Shown: piece after piece, positions 47,931 through 56,380 of the stretch
Numbering within the stretch: the stretch's first letter is position 1
Layout of the letters: each line of letters opens with the position of its first letter
IMG/VR virus record: IMGVR_UViG_3300027799_000001
Location: 1-56,544 of that record
Strand: one strand, 5' to 3'
DNA from: a virus
Lineage: Duplodnaviria; Caudoviricetes
DNA length: 56,544 nucleotides
The notes under the pieces: generated by a model
Told to the model about the DNA's origin: nothing
Database searches by the model: none
What the model saw: the letters and a program-made list of their open reading frames with translations, nothing else
Program-made: the position numbers and the translations under genes

Positions 47931-48737
47931 ATGTGCTGCTTTTTCGGTTTTGTCTCGTATGACAATGTTTTCTATTACATCAACGCAGAAGATAGGAAAA
48001 AGAAGTTACTTAAAAATCCTGACAGTCATACTCAGATCTGTTCCTTTTTCAATCTGCCTGAAGACAGATGCAATAAATACGAGTTTTCTGCAGATTTTGG
48101 CATTACAGCAGATGCCTTAGAATATAAAGATGACGACCCTGAAGGATTTATAAAAAAAATGTTGCCAAAATTAGTAGAAATGGCTATTGCGACAATTAAA
48201 ACTTATGGAGAAGGCATTGAGTTTTTATCAGACGAGGAACGCACTCAAGAAATATGTTTGGCTTTGGTTAAAAAGAATTGTGATGCAATAAGACACTTAA
48301 CTGATAAGCAGCGCACACCTGAGGTTTGTATCGCTGCAGTTAAGAAAGACGGCAACGCCATTGTCTATCTAACGAATAAACAGCGAACGCCAATGGTTTG
48401 CCTGGCCGCTGTTCAAAAAAATGGTGATGCTATTAGGTTCCTAACTGCTAAACAACGCACACCAAAAGTATGTAAGGAAGCAGTGAAGAAAGCTGGTTGG
48501 ACTATTACTTATTTAACAAATGAACAAAAGACTCTAGGACTTTGTATGTTATCTGTGGAAAAGAGTGGTACTAATATCGAGTATGTTCCTAATGAGCTAA
48601 GGACACCAAAGCTTTGCTTGACGGCAGTGTTAAAAGACAAGGCGGCTTTTAAATTTCTCAATTATATTCAAAAAGAAGAAGTGGCTATGGCTCTGCTAAA
48701 GCGAGTAAAAGCATGCAAAAAATCCGGAACAAAGTAA
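47931..48737 (+). CDS. DUF4116-like repeat protein, copy C (7 modules)
   Basis: MCCFFGFVSYD N-domain plus RTPxVCxAAVxxxGxAIxxLT repeats. Confidence 0.85.
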   Translation: MCCFFGFVSYDNVFYYINAEDRKKKLLKNPDSHTQICSFFNLPEDRCNKYEFSADFGITADALEYKDDDPEGFIKKMLPKLVEMAIATIKTYGEGIEFLSDEERTQEICLALVKKNCDAIRHLTDKQRTPEVCIAAVKKDGNAIVYLTNKQRTPMVCLAAVQKNGDAIRFLTAKQRTPKVCKEAVKKAGWTITYLTNEQKTLGLCMLSVEKSGTNIEYVPNELRTPKLCLTAVLKDKAAFKFLNYIQKEEVAMALLKRVKACKKSGTK

Positions 48738-48761
48738 AAATCTGAAATAAAGGAGTAAAAA

Positions 48762-49712
48762 ATGGGTGGCTTTTTTAGTTTTGTATCGCACAAAAATACG
48801 TTTTATTATATTGACGTAAATGGGCGTAAAAACAAGATACTTGAAGATCCTGACAACCATACACAGATATGCGCATATTTCAAACTTCCTGAGAAGCAAT
48901 GTAATAAGTATGAGTATGTAAAATATGAGTTTTCTTCAGAAGATCCTAACGAGGAAGACGTTAGAGCTGAAAAGATAGTGTACGAAGGCGACGATCCATT
49001 TGATTTTATGGAAAAAATACGTCCTATTTTTACAGAATTGTGCATAACAACAGTTATTAATTATGGTAATGGAATCGAGTTCTTAAAGGGCTATCAACGG
49101 ACACCTGAAATTTGTTTAGCTTCTATTAAAAATAAGCCAGAGTCTATAGAATATTTGACTGATGAACAAAAAACACCACAGGTTTGTTTGGCAGCAGCGA
49201 AGAAAAATTGGGAAACTCTTGAGCACATGAATAACAAGCAGAGAACACCTGAAGTTTGTTTAGCGGCTCTTTTGCAAAATATCGAAGCAGCCAGAATATT
49301 GACGGCTGAACAGATAACTCCAGAGATTTTACTTGCTACTGCTCAAAAAAATGGAGAAATAATAAAAATTTTATGGTCAAGTCACTTCAGAACACCTGAA
49401 GTTTGTCTTGCTGCTATTAAACAAAATTGGATGCTTATTAGTAGTTTGGCTGACGACCAAATAACATTGGATATTTGTATTGAAGCGGTATCACAAAACA
49501 AAGAAGCTTATGCTTATGTGCCTTTATCTATGAGAAGAAGACTTCATTCAAAGGTATCAAAAAAATTAAAGAAATTTTTTGAACAAAAAGATGAAGAAAG
49601 AATACGTGTAATAGAAGCTCGTGAAAAAGAAGATAAACGCAGGTTAGCTGCTCGGGAAAAGAAAAATGAAATTAAGAAGGCTCTTCGGTTTTTGTTAAAG
49701 CAAATAGATTAG
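48762..49712 (+). CDS. DUF4116-like repeat protein, copy D (7 modules plus charged coiled-coil tail)
   Basis: MGGFFSFVS N-domain; K/R/E-rich C-terminus. Confidence 0.85.
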   Translation: MGGFFSFVSHKNTFYYIDVNGRKNKILEDPDNHTQICAYFKLPEKQCNKYEYVKYEFSSEDPNEEDVRAEKIVYEGDDPFDFMEKIRPIFTELCITTVINYGNGIEFLKGYQRTPEICLASIKNKPESIEYLTDEQKTPQVCLAAAKKNWETLEHMNNKQRTPEVCLAALLQNIEAARILTAEQITPEILLATAQKNGEIIKILWSSHFRTPEVCLAAIKQNWMLISSLADDQITLDICIEAVSQNKEAYAYVPLSMRRRLHSKVSKKLKKFFEQKDEERIRVIEAREKEDKRRLAAREKKNEIKKALRFLLKQID

Positions 49713-49747
49713 TCTTCAATCTTTTTTGTAAGAATAGGATACAAAAA

Positions 49748-49951
49748 ATGCAACTTAAAGATCCTGAATTCAAGAAAATGATTGGAGACCGCATGCTAGA
49801 CAATGGCGGTTTTACCTACGTCTACGGCGCAGTAAAAGACGGCTCTTCTGTCAGACCTGCTACTGCCTCTACTAAAAGGCGCAAAAGAAACGATAAAAGA
49901 TCAGTGAAACAAGCTGTTTTGAAAAGAATTTTCAGAGAAGAATTAGAATAG
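49748..49951 (+). CDS. Basic hypothetical protein
   Basis: AGGA RBS; K/R-rich C-terminal half. Confidence 0.55.
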   Translation: MQLKDPEFKKMIGDRMLDNGGFTYVYGAVKDGSSVRPATASTKRRKRNDKRSVKQAVLKRIFREELE

Positions 49952-50002
49952 TTGTATGTATAAAATATCAAAAAAAGAACAGGTTTAATCAAAGGTTTTT
50001 TT

Positions 50003-50590
50003 ATGAAATATAAAATTGCTATTGATTTAGATGGAGTTAGTTGGAACTTTAGAACACACCCTTCTTCTTATGCTTGGTTTAAATTTGGATATAGTTTAGC
50101 TACGTTTCCTAAAAAATTCAGATACGATATGTCAGATTTTCCAAAGAATGTTCAAGAAGAAGCTAAAAAGTATTTGGTTGATGAAAAAAGAATGTCAGAT
50201 GTGATACCTGTTACGTGTCTTGTAAGTGTTGTAAATGACTTACAAGACAATTACGAAGTAATATTTTTAACAACAAGAGATCCTAAATTGAAATGCACTT
50301 CTGAAAAACTTAAGGAAATATTTCAAAAATATTCTTGCAACGTTCCTGAGTTAGTTTACAGTACAGACAAAATAAAATTCTGCGAAGAGCATAGCGAAGT
50401 AACAGCTATAGTAGAAGACTGCGCCGAGACTCTCATGAAGGTAACTTTAAATAAAAAGATTAAACATATAAGATGTTTTTTAGTTATTAATGAACATACC
50501 AAAGCCTATAACGGTTTCATAGAAAACCATAATATTCCTAGAATAACAAAAATGAAATGTTTGTGTGATATTTTGACAAACATTTATTAA
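50003..50590 (+). CDS. HAD-superfamily nucleotidase-like protein, paralog of 35957-36604
   Basis: IAIDLDGV, YDMSD, LTTR, K, IVED.AET. Confidence 0.8.
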   Translation: MKYKIAIDLDGVSWNFRTHPSSYAWFKFGYSLATFPKKFRYDMSDFPKNVQEEAKKYLVDEKRMSDVIPVTCLVSVVNDLQDNYEVIFLTTRDPKLKCTSEKLKEIFQKYSCNVPELVYSTDKIKFCEEHSEVTAIVEDCAETLMKVTLNKKIKHIRCFLVINEHTKAYNGFIENHNIPRITKMKCLCDILTNIY

Positions 50591-50675
50591 TAATTATTTA
50601 AAATAACACATCTGATACCATTTTAAGCTTTTATAGTATATTAATACAAACAGTATTTAAATAAATGGAGCAATT

Positions 50676-51059
50676 ATGAAAAAATACATACTTTTAGAAA
50701 ATGATACAAAAAACTTCGAATGTCGTATATTACATAGAATAAAAGCTGTACGTGATTTTGGTCACATAAGAGATGGTGACATTGGAGGTTATTTAGAATC
50801 TGAAAGAAATCTTAGTCATAAAGGTAATTGTTGGGTTTACGATGAAGCTATGGTTTTTGAAGATGCTACTGTTACAGACAAATCAATGATATTTGATAAA
50901 GCTATTATTTATGGCACGGTAAAAATTTGTGGAAAATCTATTGTTTGTGGCAACACAATGATTAGTGGTAATGTAAAAATATACAACAATTCAGTTGTGT
51001 CTGAGTTTGTACACATGTTAGAAGCAAAAACAAATCAAAATATACACAAAGGAGAGTAA
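50676..51059 (+). CDS. Phage protein with hexapeptide-like repeats
   Basis: RIKA.RDFG....GD.GG..E.E.NLS..GNCWV...A.V. Confidence 0.8.
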   Translation: MKKYILLENDTKNFECRILHRIKAVRDFGHIRDGDIGGYLESERNLSHKGNCWVYDEAMVFEDATVTDKSMIFDKAIIYGTVKICGKSIVCGNTMISGNVKIYNNSVVSEFVHMLEAKTNQNIHKGE

Positions 51060-51062
51060 ATA

Positions 51063-51215
51063 ATGAATAATTTTTTAATCAAAAACTTATGTGCTTTGTT
51101 GGTTGTGGTGTTATTTTTAGGACAAGCCGTAGTTTCGATGTTTCAGCGTAATGTGCCTTTGGCTGTATATTTTGCTTTAGCTGCTGCCATTAATTTCGCT
51201 GTTTTGTTTGTTTGA
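51063..51215 (+). CDS. 50-aa two-TM protein
   Basis: AGGAG RBS; MNNFLIKNLCALLVVVLFLGQAVV... Confidence 0.6.
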   Translation: MNNFLIKNLCALLVVVLFLGQAVVSMFQRNVPLAVYFALAAAINFAVLFV

Positions 51216-51229
51216 TAAAGGAGTAAAAA

Positions 51230-52093
51230 ATGTGTAACTTTTTTAGCTTTGTTTCGTATGACGGTCATTTCTATTACATCAACGCTGAAGACCGCAAAAA
51301 AGAAATACTTGAGAATCCTGACAGTCACACTCAGATATGTTCATTCTTCAATCTGCCTGAAGATAGGTGTAATAAGTACGAGTATACGAAAGAGAAAGGT
51401 TTGGTAATAGATTCCAAAGTTTATGTAGGTGATGATGTTGAAGGATTTATGGACAAAATATATTCAAAATTAGTAGAATTGGCTATAATAACAGCAGAAA
51501 ATTATGGGGATGGAATGGAATTCATTCCGGATAAACTTCGTACATCAGAGCTTTGTTTGGCAGTGGTTAAGAAAAATGGAAATGCGATCAAATATTTATC
51601 TTTAGAGCAGAGAACTCCAAATGTTTGTTTAGCGGCGGTGAAGCAGGATGGTTATGCTGTTTGTTGGCTAACAGAGGATCAAAGAACGCCTCAAGTTTGT
51701 TTGGCAGCAGTAATGCAAAATGGTAGTGCTATTGGGTATTTAACTTTCAAACAAAAAACTCCTGAAATTTGTTTGGCTGCTGTTAAGCAAAATGGTGGCG
51801 CTATCATGGTTTTATCTGAGGAGCATGCCACACCAGAAGTTTGTAGGGCTGCTATTAACAACAATCCTTATTCCGTGGCAAGCATACCCGACAAATTGCG
51901 TACTCAAGATCTTTGTTTGATGGCTGTTAAAAAAGATGGGACTGTTGTTAAATATTTATTGGATGAAGAGAGAACGCTGGATATTTGTTTAGCGGCAGTG
52001 AGGCAAAATAAAAATACTCGTAAATATTTGACTGAAGATCAGAAAAAAGCAGTAGATTTAGCATTAGAAAATAAAAATAAAACAAAAGGATAG
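51230..52093 (+). CDS. DUF4116-like repeat protein, copy E (8 modules)
   Basis: MCNFFSFVSYD N-domain; C-cap DQKKAVDLAL. Confidence 0.88.
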   Translation: MCNFFSFVSYDGHFYYINAEDRKKEILENPDSHTQICSFFNLPEDRCNKYEYTKEKGLVIDSKVYVGDDVEGFMDKIYSKLVELAIITAENYGDGMEFIPDKLRTSELCLAVVKKNGNAIKYLSLEQRTPNVCLAAVKQDGYAVCWLTEDQRTPQVCLAAVMQNGSAIGYLTFKQKTPEICLAAVKQNGGAIMVLSEEHATPEVCRAAINNNPYSVASIPDKLRTQDLCLMAVKKDGTVVKYLLDEERTLDICLAAVRQNKNTRKYLTEDQKKAVDLALENKNKTKG

Positions 52094-52098
52094 AAAAA

Positions 52099-52260
52099 AT
52101 GTGTCATTTTTTTAGCTTTGTATCTTATGACAATGTTTTCTATTACATCAATGCCGAAGATAGAAAAAAGAAATTACTTAAGAATCCTGACAGTCATACT
52201 CAGATATGTTCCTTTTTCAATCTGCCTTTGAATATTACAATTTTCAGCAGCAAACAATAA
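52099..52260 (+). pseudogene. Copy F: truncated N-terminal domain joined out of frame to an ankyrin gene
   Basis: MCHFFSFVSYDNVFYYINAEDRKKKLLKNPDSHTQICSFFNLP, then unrelated LNITIFSSKQ*. Confidence 0.85.
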
Positions 52261-52267
52261 CATAAAC

Positions 52268-52699
52268 ATGCTTAAACTATCAATAAAAGAAGGTGGAAAT
52301 GTGAATGCTAATGAAGGTTTTGCATTGCGCCGAGCAATAGAATTAAATAATGTTAAAATGGTCGCTCTGTTATTAAAAAATGGAGCAGACCCCAATGTAT
52401 ATAGACATTCATCAATACGACTTGCAGTACGACATAATAATACAAAAATTGCTAAGTTATTAATAGATGCTGGTGCTGATATTAATGAAGAAAATGGTTT
52501 TTCCTTGCTATTTGCCGCTATAAATGGTAATGTGGAAATGGTTAAAATTTTAATATCGCCAAATAATAAGGGCAAAAATATAAAAAAGAAAGTTTTACGT
52601 TCAACTATTAAAAGTATTCATGGGTATTCTTTGATACCAAATAATGCTAATAAATACACAGAAATTATTAATGTTTTAACAAATAAATTGAAAGGATAA
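52268..52699 (+). CDS. Ankyrin-repeat protein (5' truncated)
   Basis: AL..A...NN...V.LLL..GAD.N repeats; the first repeat (ILQFSAANNNIN) starts upstream of the ATG, from 52232. Confidence 0.85.
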   Translation: MLKLSIKEGGNVNANEGFALRRAIELNNVKMVALLLKNGADPNVYRHSSIRLAVRHNNTKIAKLLIDAGADINEENGFSLLFAAINGNVEMVKILISPNNKGKNIKKKVLRSTIKSIHGYSLIPNNANKYTEIINVLTNKLKG

Positions 52700-52727
52700 T
52701 ATGAAACACTATGTAAAACACAACATA

Positions 52728-53240
52728 TCAAACAATATAGTTTGGTATGTTGAATTTGTTTAAAATCTCTACCTTTTCAGCACTTTGTTTTTTTCGCATT
52801 GTTTTATACCATTCGCAAGGTATTTTACACAAAACAAAACCGCCTTTCTTGCGACTATATCTTTTCTGTTGTGGGATACATGAGCAATCGCTTAGTCCGA
52901 ATAGAAGTATTTCCAGTCTATCACCTGTATTCGGGTGTTTTAAATTGGCAAGATAATAATTGAAACTCTTTTTTACATGTGTGTTTTGTTTGATATAATG
53001 GCAAAAATAAAATCTAACGCTTCTGAGCCATGTTATCAATACTCTTTTTGTTATATCCTTATAAATTATCAAACCCTTGTGCACAACGCTGTATCTCCTA
53101 CAACCGCAATACACACTGCCTGACAAAACTATTTTGTACAAATGCTCTTTGCATCTATGATGGACTTTATCGATCCTATTTATCCCGCTATCCATTCCAG
53201 TACGTAATTCATACCACATATGGGATTTTATACACCTCAA
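52728..53240 (-). CDS. Hypothetical basic protein
   Basis: 170-aa ORF co-oriented with DUF1064; start uncertain. Confidence 0.45.
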   Translation of the reverse strand: MRCIKSHMWYELRTGMDSGINRIDKVHHRCKEHLYKIVLSGSVYCGCRRYSVVHKGLIIYKDITKRVLITWLRSVRFYFCHYIKQNTHVKKSFNYYLANLKHPNTGDRLEILLFGLSDCSCIPQQKRYSRKKGGFVLCKIPCEWYKTMRKKQSAEKVEILNKFNIPNYIV

Positions 53241-53589
53241 TAATATTTATTTTATGTACAGCATACATTAGTTTCTTTTTGAGCTTATACTCAGGTGTAA
53301 GTAACTTTTGGGATGCTTTAACATCATATACTATACTCTGTCCGTCATTATATGTTACAACAAAATCAGTTACATAATCACATATGCGTACATTATTTAC
53401 TTCGATTGGATATCTTTTGTGTACTTCAATCGATTCTATATTACCTCTATTTTTAAGCATTTCAAGAAATAAATAAAATTTATATTCCTTTTTTGAGTCG
53501 AATGTATATCCACCATATACAATACGCTTATGCATGTATCTACCAGTTTTTGACTTGAATTTTTTGTAACAAACTGGATAACTCGGCAT
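53209..53589 (-). CDS. DUF1064-family nuclease
   Basis: G..FDSKKE, Y..DF, DVK, TPEY.LKKKL; GGAG RBS before ATG at 53589. Confidence 0.85.
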   Translation of the reverse strand: MPSYPVCYKKFKSKTGRYMHKRIVYGGYTFDSKKEYKFYLFLEMLKNRGNIESIEVHKRYPIEVNNVRICDYVTDFVVTYNDGQSIVYDVKASQKLLTPEYKLKKKLMYAVHKINIIEVYKIPYVV

Positions 53590-53696
53590 TAAAACTCCAT
53601 TAAGTACAACATTGTATTGTATATAATATAATACAATAATAATAAATTGTATCAAAAAAATATTATTTTTTTAAAAAAATAATTGTTCAACTAAAC

Positions 53697-53927
53697 TCAT
53701 CTCAATATTTGTTTGTAGGCTTCGTAAATCTGGCGGGAAAAAAGCTCATCTGTTTTTTTCATCTCTTCAATTATGCTGTATATTGTATCATTTGGATTAA
53801 TTACACACTCATAACTATATTGGTCACATGCTTCTTCATTGGTTTCTTTCTTAATCAAATACTTAGTATTCAATTTGCCGCCTTTGTAAAAGTTTGTTGA
53901 TTGCATAGTTATTAAATAATATATCAA
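53697..53927 (-). CDS. Hypothetical protein
   Basis: Co-oriented ORF; start uncertain. Confidence 0.4.
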   Translation of the reverse strand: MIYYLITMQSTNFYKGGKLNTKYLIKKETNEEACDQYSYECVINPNDTIYSIIEEMKKTDELFSRQIYEAYKQILR

Positions 53928-53935
53928 AAGTGTAA

Positions 53936-54106
53936 TTACAACATGTTTCTGTCCTTTAATAATATATTAATTCGGTCATAATAGTCCTCTTTTTTTTGTC
54001 TTTCTATTTCCAACAATACGTCTACCGCCTCATAAATATTATATCCAACGCGACACAGTTTAATCAATTCATCAGAATAATCACTTGAATCACTTGTATT
54101 TATCAA
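53936..54106 (-). CDS. 56-aa protein, tandem paralog 2
   Basis: TTG start; DYSDELIKLCRVGYNI. Confidence 0.6.
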   Translation of the reverse strand: MINTSDSSDYSDELIKLCRVGYNIYEAVDVLLEIERQKKEDYYDRINILLKDRNML

Positions 54107-54222
54107 TTAATTATCCATTTCGTTAAAATGTTGATTGTTTTGATATATTTATTAAAATCGAATTCGATTGTAAATCATTGTTTGTATTTTTTACTCAATA
54201 ATACTGAATCAACAAAATATAA

Positions 54223-54399
54223 TCATAACGCATCTTTATCTTTTATAAATTTGTCAATTTCATTTTTGTGCTCCTCTTTCTTTTTTTTGATTTCTGATAT
54301 TATGTTTAATGACTCATTAATATTGTACCCTGCTTTAAACAGTTTGATTAATTCGTCTGAATAATCTTCTAAATCATCTAAATAACATGTGTTAAACAT
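54223..54399 (-). CDS. 58-aa protein, tandem paralog 1
   Basis: ATG start; DYSDELIKLFKAGYNI. Confidence 0.65.
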   Translation of the reverse strand: MFNTCYLDDLEDYSDELIKLFKAGYNINESLNIISEIKKKKEEHKNEIDKFIKDKDAL

Positions 54400-54474
54400 T
54401 TAATTATCCATTTCTTCAGAATGTTAATGATTTGAATATGTTTATTACAATAGAATTCGATTTTAAATTATTGT

Positions 54475-55326
54475 TTAATTTTTACTTTCCAATGCTAAAT
54501 CTACTGCTTTTTTCTGATCTTGAGTCAAAAAATTATAAGCATTTTTATTCTGCAGTACCGCGGCCAAGCAAATCTGAGGTTCTCTTTGCTCATCAGTTAA
54601 ATAATAAATAGCAGTACCATTTTGCTTAACCGCAGCAAAACATATCTCCGGAGTTTTTTGCCTATAAGATAAATGTCTAACTGCTCTACCGTTTTGCATT
54701 ACTGCTGCTAAACAAATATCTGGAGTTTTATCTTTATCAAGTAAAAAATTAATAACATCTCCATGTTTTTTAACAGCCATCAAACAAAGATCTTGAGTAC
54801 GCAATTTGTCATGCATATAGGCTACAGAACAAGGGTTATTGTTAATAGCAGCAATACAAACTTCCAGTGTTTGCTGTTTTTCAGATAAATATTCTATAGC
54901 CTTACCATTTTGGTTCACTGCTGCCAAGCAAATCTGAGATGTCTTATGTTCATCATTTAACCAACGAACAGCATGTCCTTTTTTACTAACTACTGATAAA
55001 CATAATTCATGTGTACGAAGTTTATCTGGAATGAATTCAATTCCATTCCCATAATTTTCTGCTGTTATTATAGCCAATTCTACTAATTTTAAATATATTT
55101 TGTCCATAAATCCTTCAACATCATCACCTACATAAACTTTAGAATCTATTACCAAACCTTTCTCTTTCGTATACTCATACTTATTACATCTATCTTCAGG
55201 AAGCTTGAAAAAAGCACAAATTTGAGTGTGACTATCTGGATCCTCAAGTATTTTGTTTTTTCTATCTTCGGCATTGATGTAATAGAATGTATTATCATAA
55301 GATACAAAGCTAAAAAAATGACACAT
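54475..55326 (-). CDS. DUF4116-like repeat protein, copy G (8 modules)
   Basis: MCHFFSFVSYD N-domain; C-cap DQKKAVDLALESKN. Confidence 0.88.
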   Translation of the reverse strand: MCHFFSFVSYDNTFYYINAEDRKNKILEDPDSHTQICAFFKLPEDRCNKYEYTKEKGLVIDSKVYVGDDVEGFMDKIYLKLVELAIITAENYGNGIEFIPDKLRTHELCLSVVSKKGHAVRWLNDEHKTSQICLAAVNQNGKAIEYLSEKQQTLEVCIAAINNNPCSVAYMHDKLRTQDLCLMAVKKHGDVINFLLDKDKTPDICLAAVMQNGRAVRHLSYRQKTPEICFAAVKQNGTAIYYLTDEQREPQICLAAVLQNKNAYNFLTQDQKKAVDLALESKN

Positions 55327-55344
55327 TTTTTCTATTCCTTTTGT

Positions 55345-55836
55345 TTAATTTTTACTTTCCAATACCAAATCTACTGCTTTTTTCTGATCTTGAGTCAAAT
55401 GATAATAAGAATTTTTGTTTTGCATTACAGCCTTTAAACATACCTCAGGTGACCGCTGTTCGTCAGTAAAATACTTTATAGCATATCCATATTTTTCGAC
55501 TATCGCCAAGCAAATTTCAGGTGTGAGTTGAAAACCTTTTAAAAACTCATTTCCTTTACCATAATTCATAATTGTCACTATGCATAGTTCTTCAAATTTC
55601 GGCATTAATTTTTCAATGAAGCCTTCTGGATCATCGCCTTTATACTCAAAAGCATCAGTCATAATTCCATCATATTTATAATACTCATATTTATTACATC
55701 GGTCTTCAGGCAGATTGAAGAATGAACAGATCTGAGTGTGACTGTCAGGATTTTTAAGTAACTTCTTTTTGCGATCTTCGGCATTGATATAGTAAAAATG
55801 GCCGTCATACGAAACAAAGCTAAAAAAATGGCACAT
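55345..55836 (-). CDS. DUF4116-like repeat protein, copy H (3 modules)
   Basis: Same N-domain and C-cap. Confidence 0.88.
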   Translation of the reverse strand: MCHFFSFVSYDGHFYYINAEDRKKKLLKNPDSHTQICSFFNLPEDRCNKYEYYKYDGIMTDAFEYKGDDPEGFIEKLMPKFEELCIVTIMNYGKGNEFLKGFQLTPEICLAIVEKYGYAIKYFTDEQRSPEVCLKAVMQNKNSYYHLTQDQKKAVDLVLESKN

Positions 55837-55857
55837 GTTTTACTCCTTTTGTTCCTA

Positions 55858-56109
55858 TTATTTTAGGTCATCTATTTCATTGACAACAGGGTATACATCA
55901 TCTGCTGGAGTGTCATCTGGGACAGAATCAAGCCAATATTTTTGAAATACAAAAAAGTAGGGATTGTATTTAGTTCCAATAACATAACAACCATTGCGAA
56001 TATATTTTTCATCAAAGGCTAAAACTTTACCAACTAATTTTTTTTCTCTCGAGAAATACCGTAAAGTACAATCCAATACATTCTCATTTACTCTAAATTT
56101 TTTCAGCAT
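55858..56109 (-). CDS. Stand-alone paralog of the N-terminal domain of 45384-46166
   Basis: KFRVNE.V...EKK..GKVL.FD....NGCY...WLD.V..DTP.DD shared. Confidence 0.75.
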   Translation of the reverse strand: MLKKFRVNENVLDCTLRYFSREKKLVGKVLAFDEKYIRNGCYVIGTKYNPYFFVFQKYWLDSVPDDTPADDVYPVVNEIDDLK

Positions 56110-56145
56110 TTTTTCACTCTTTTGTTAAAAATTTATTAACAATTA

Positions 56146-56380
56146 TTTATTGTACAAATTCTAACCAATTTTTATGGAAAATTACTTCAGGCTTAATTGT
56201 AGATTTTCCTTTCAAGGTATACCATCGTAAACAATCAGTAAACATATGCTGGACTTCTATAGTCTGCCCTATGTATCTTGCGCAGTCCTCATCGAAACTA
56301 CACATAATACCACCTGCATGCTCTTCCGTACCTACAGATACATCTAATACTATTGCTCTCATTTTTCTACTCCTTTGTTT
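56146..56380 (-). repeat. 235-nt inverted repeat, arm 2
   Basis: Reverse complement of 45094-45328. Confidence 0.92.
56147..56362 (-). CDS. 71-aa hypothetical protein, copy 2
   Basis: Identical to 45112-45327. Confidence 0.8.
   Translation of the reverse strand: MRAIVLDVSVGTEEHAGGIMCSFDEDCARYIGQTIEVQHMFTDCLRWYTLKGKSTIKPEVIFHKNWLEFVQ

Noticed and set aside
47353-52093. CRISPR array suggested by the 72-nt periodicity
   Set aside because: The repeats are degenerate, in frame and protein coding, with no identical repeat and unique spacer pattern and no cas operon
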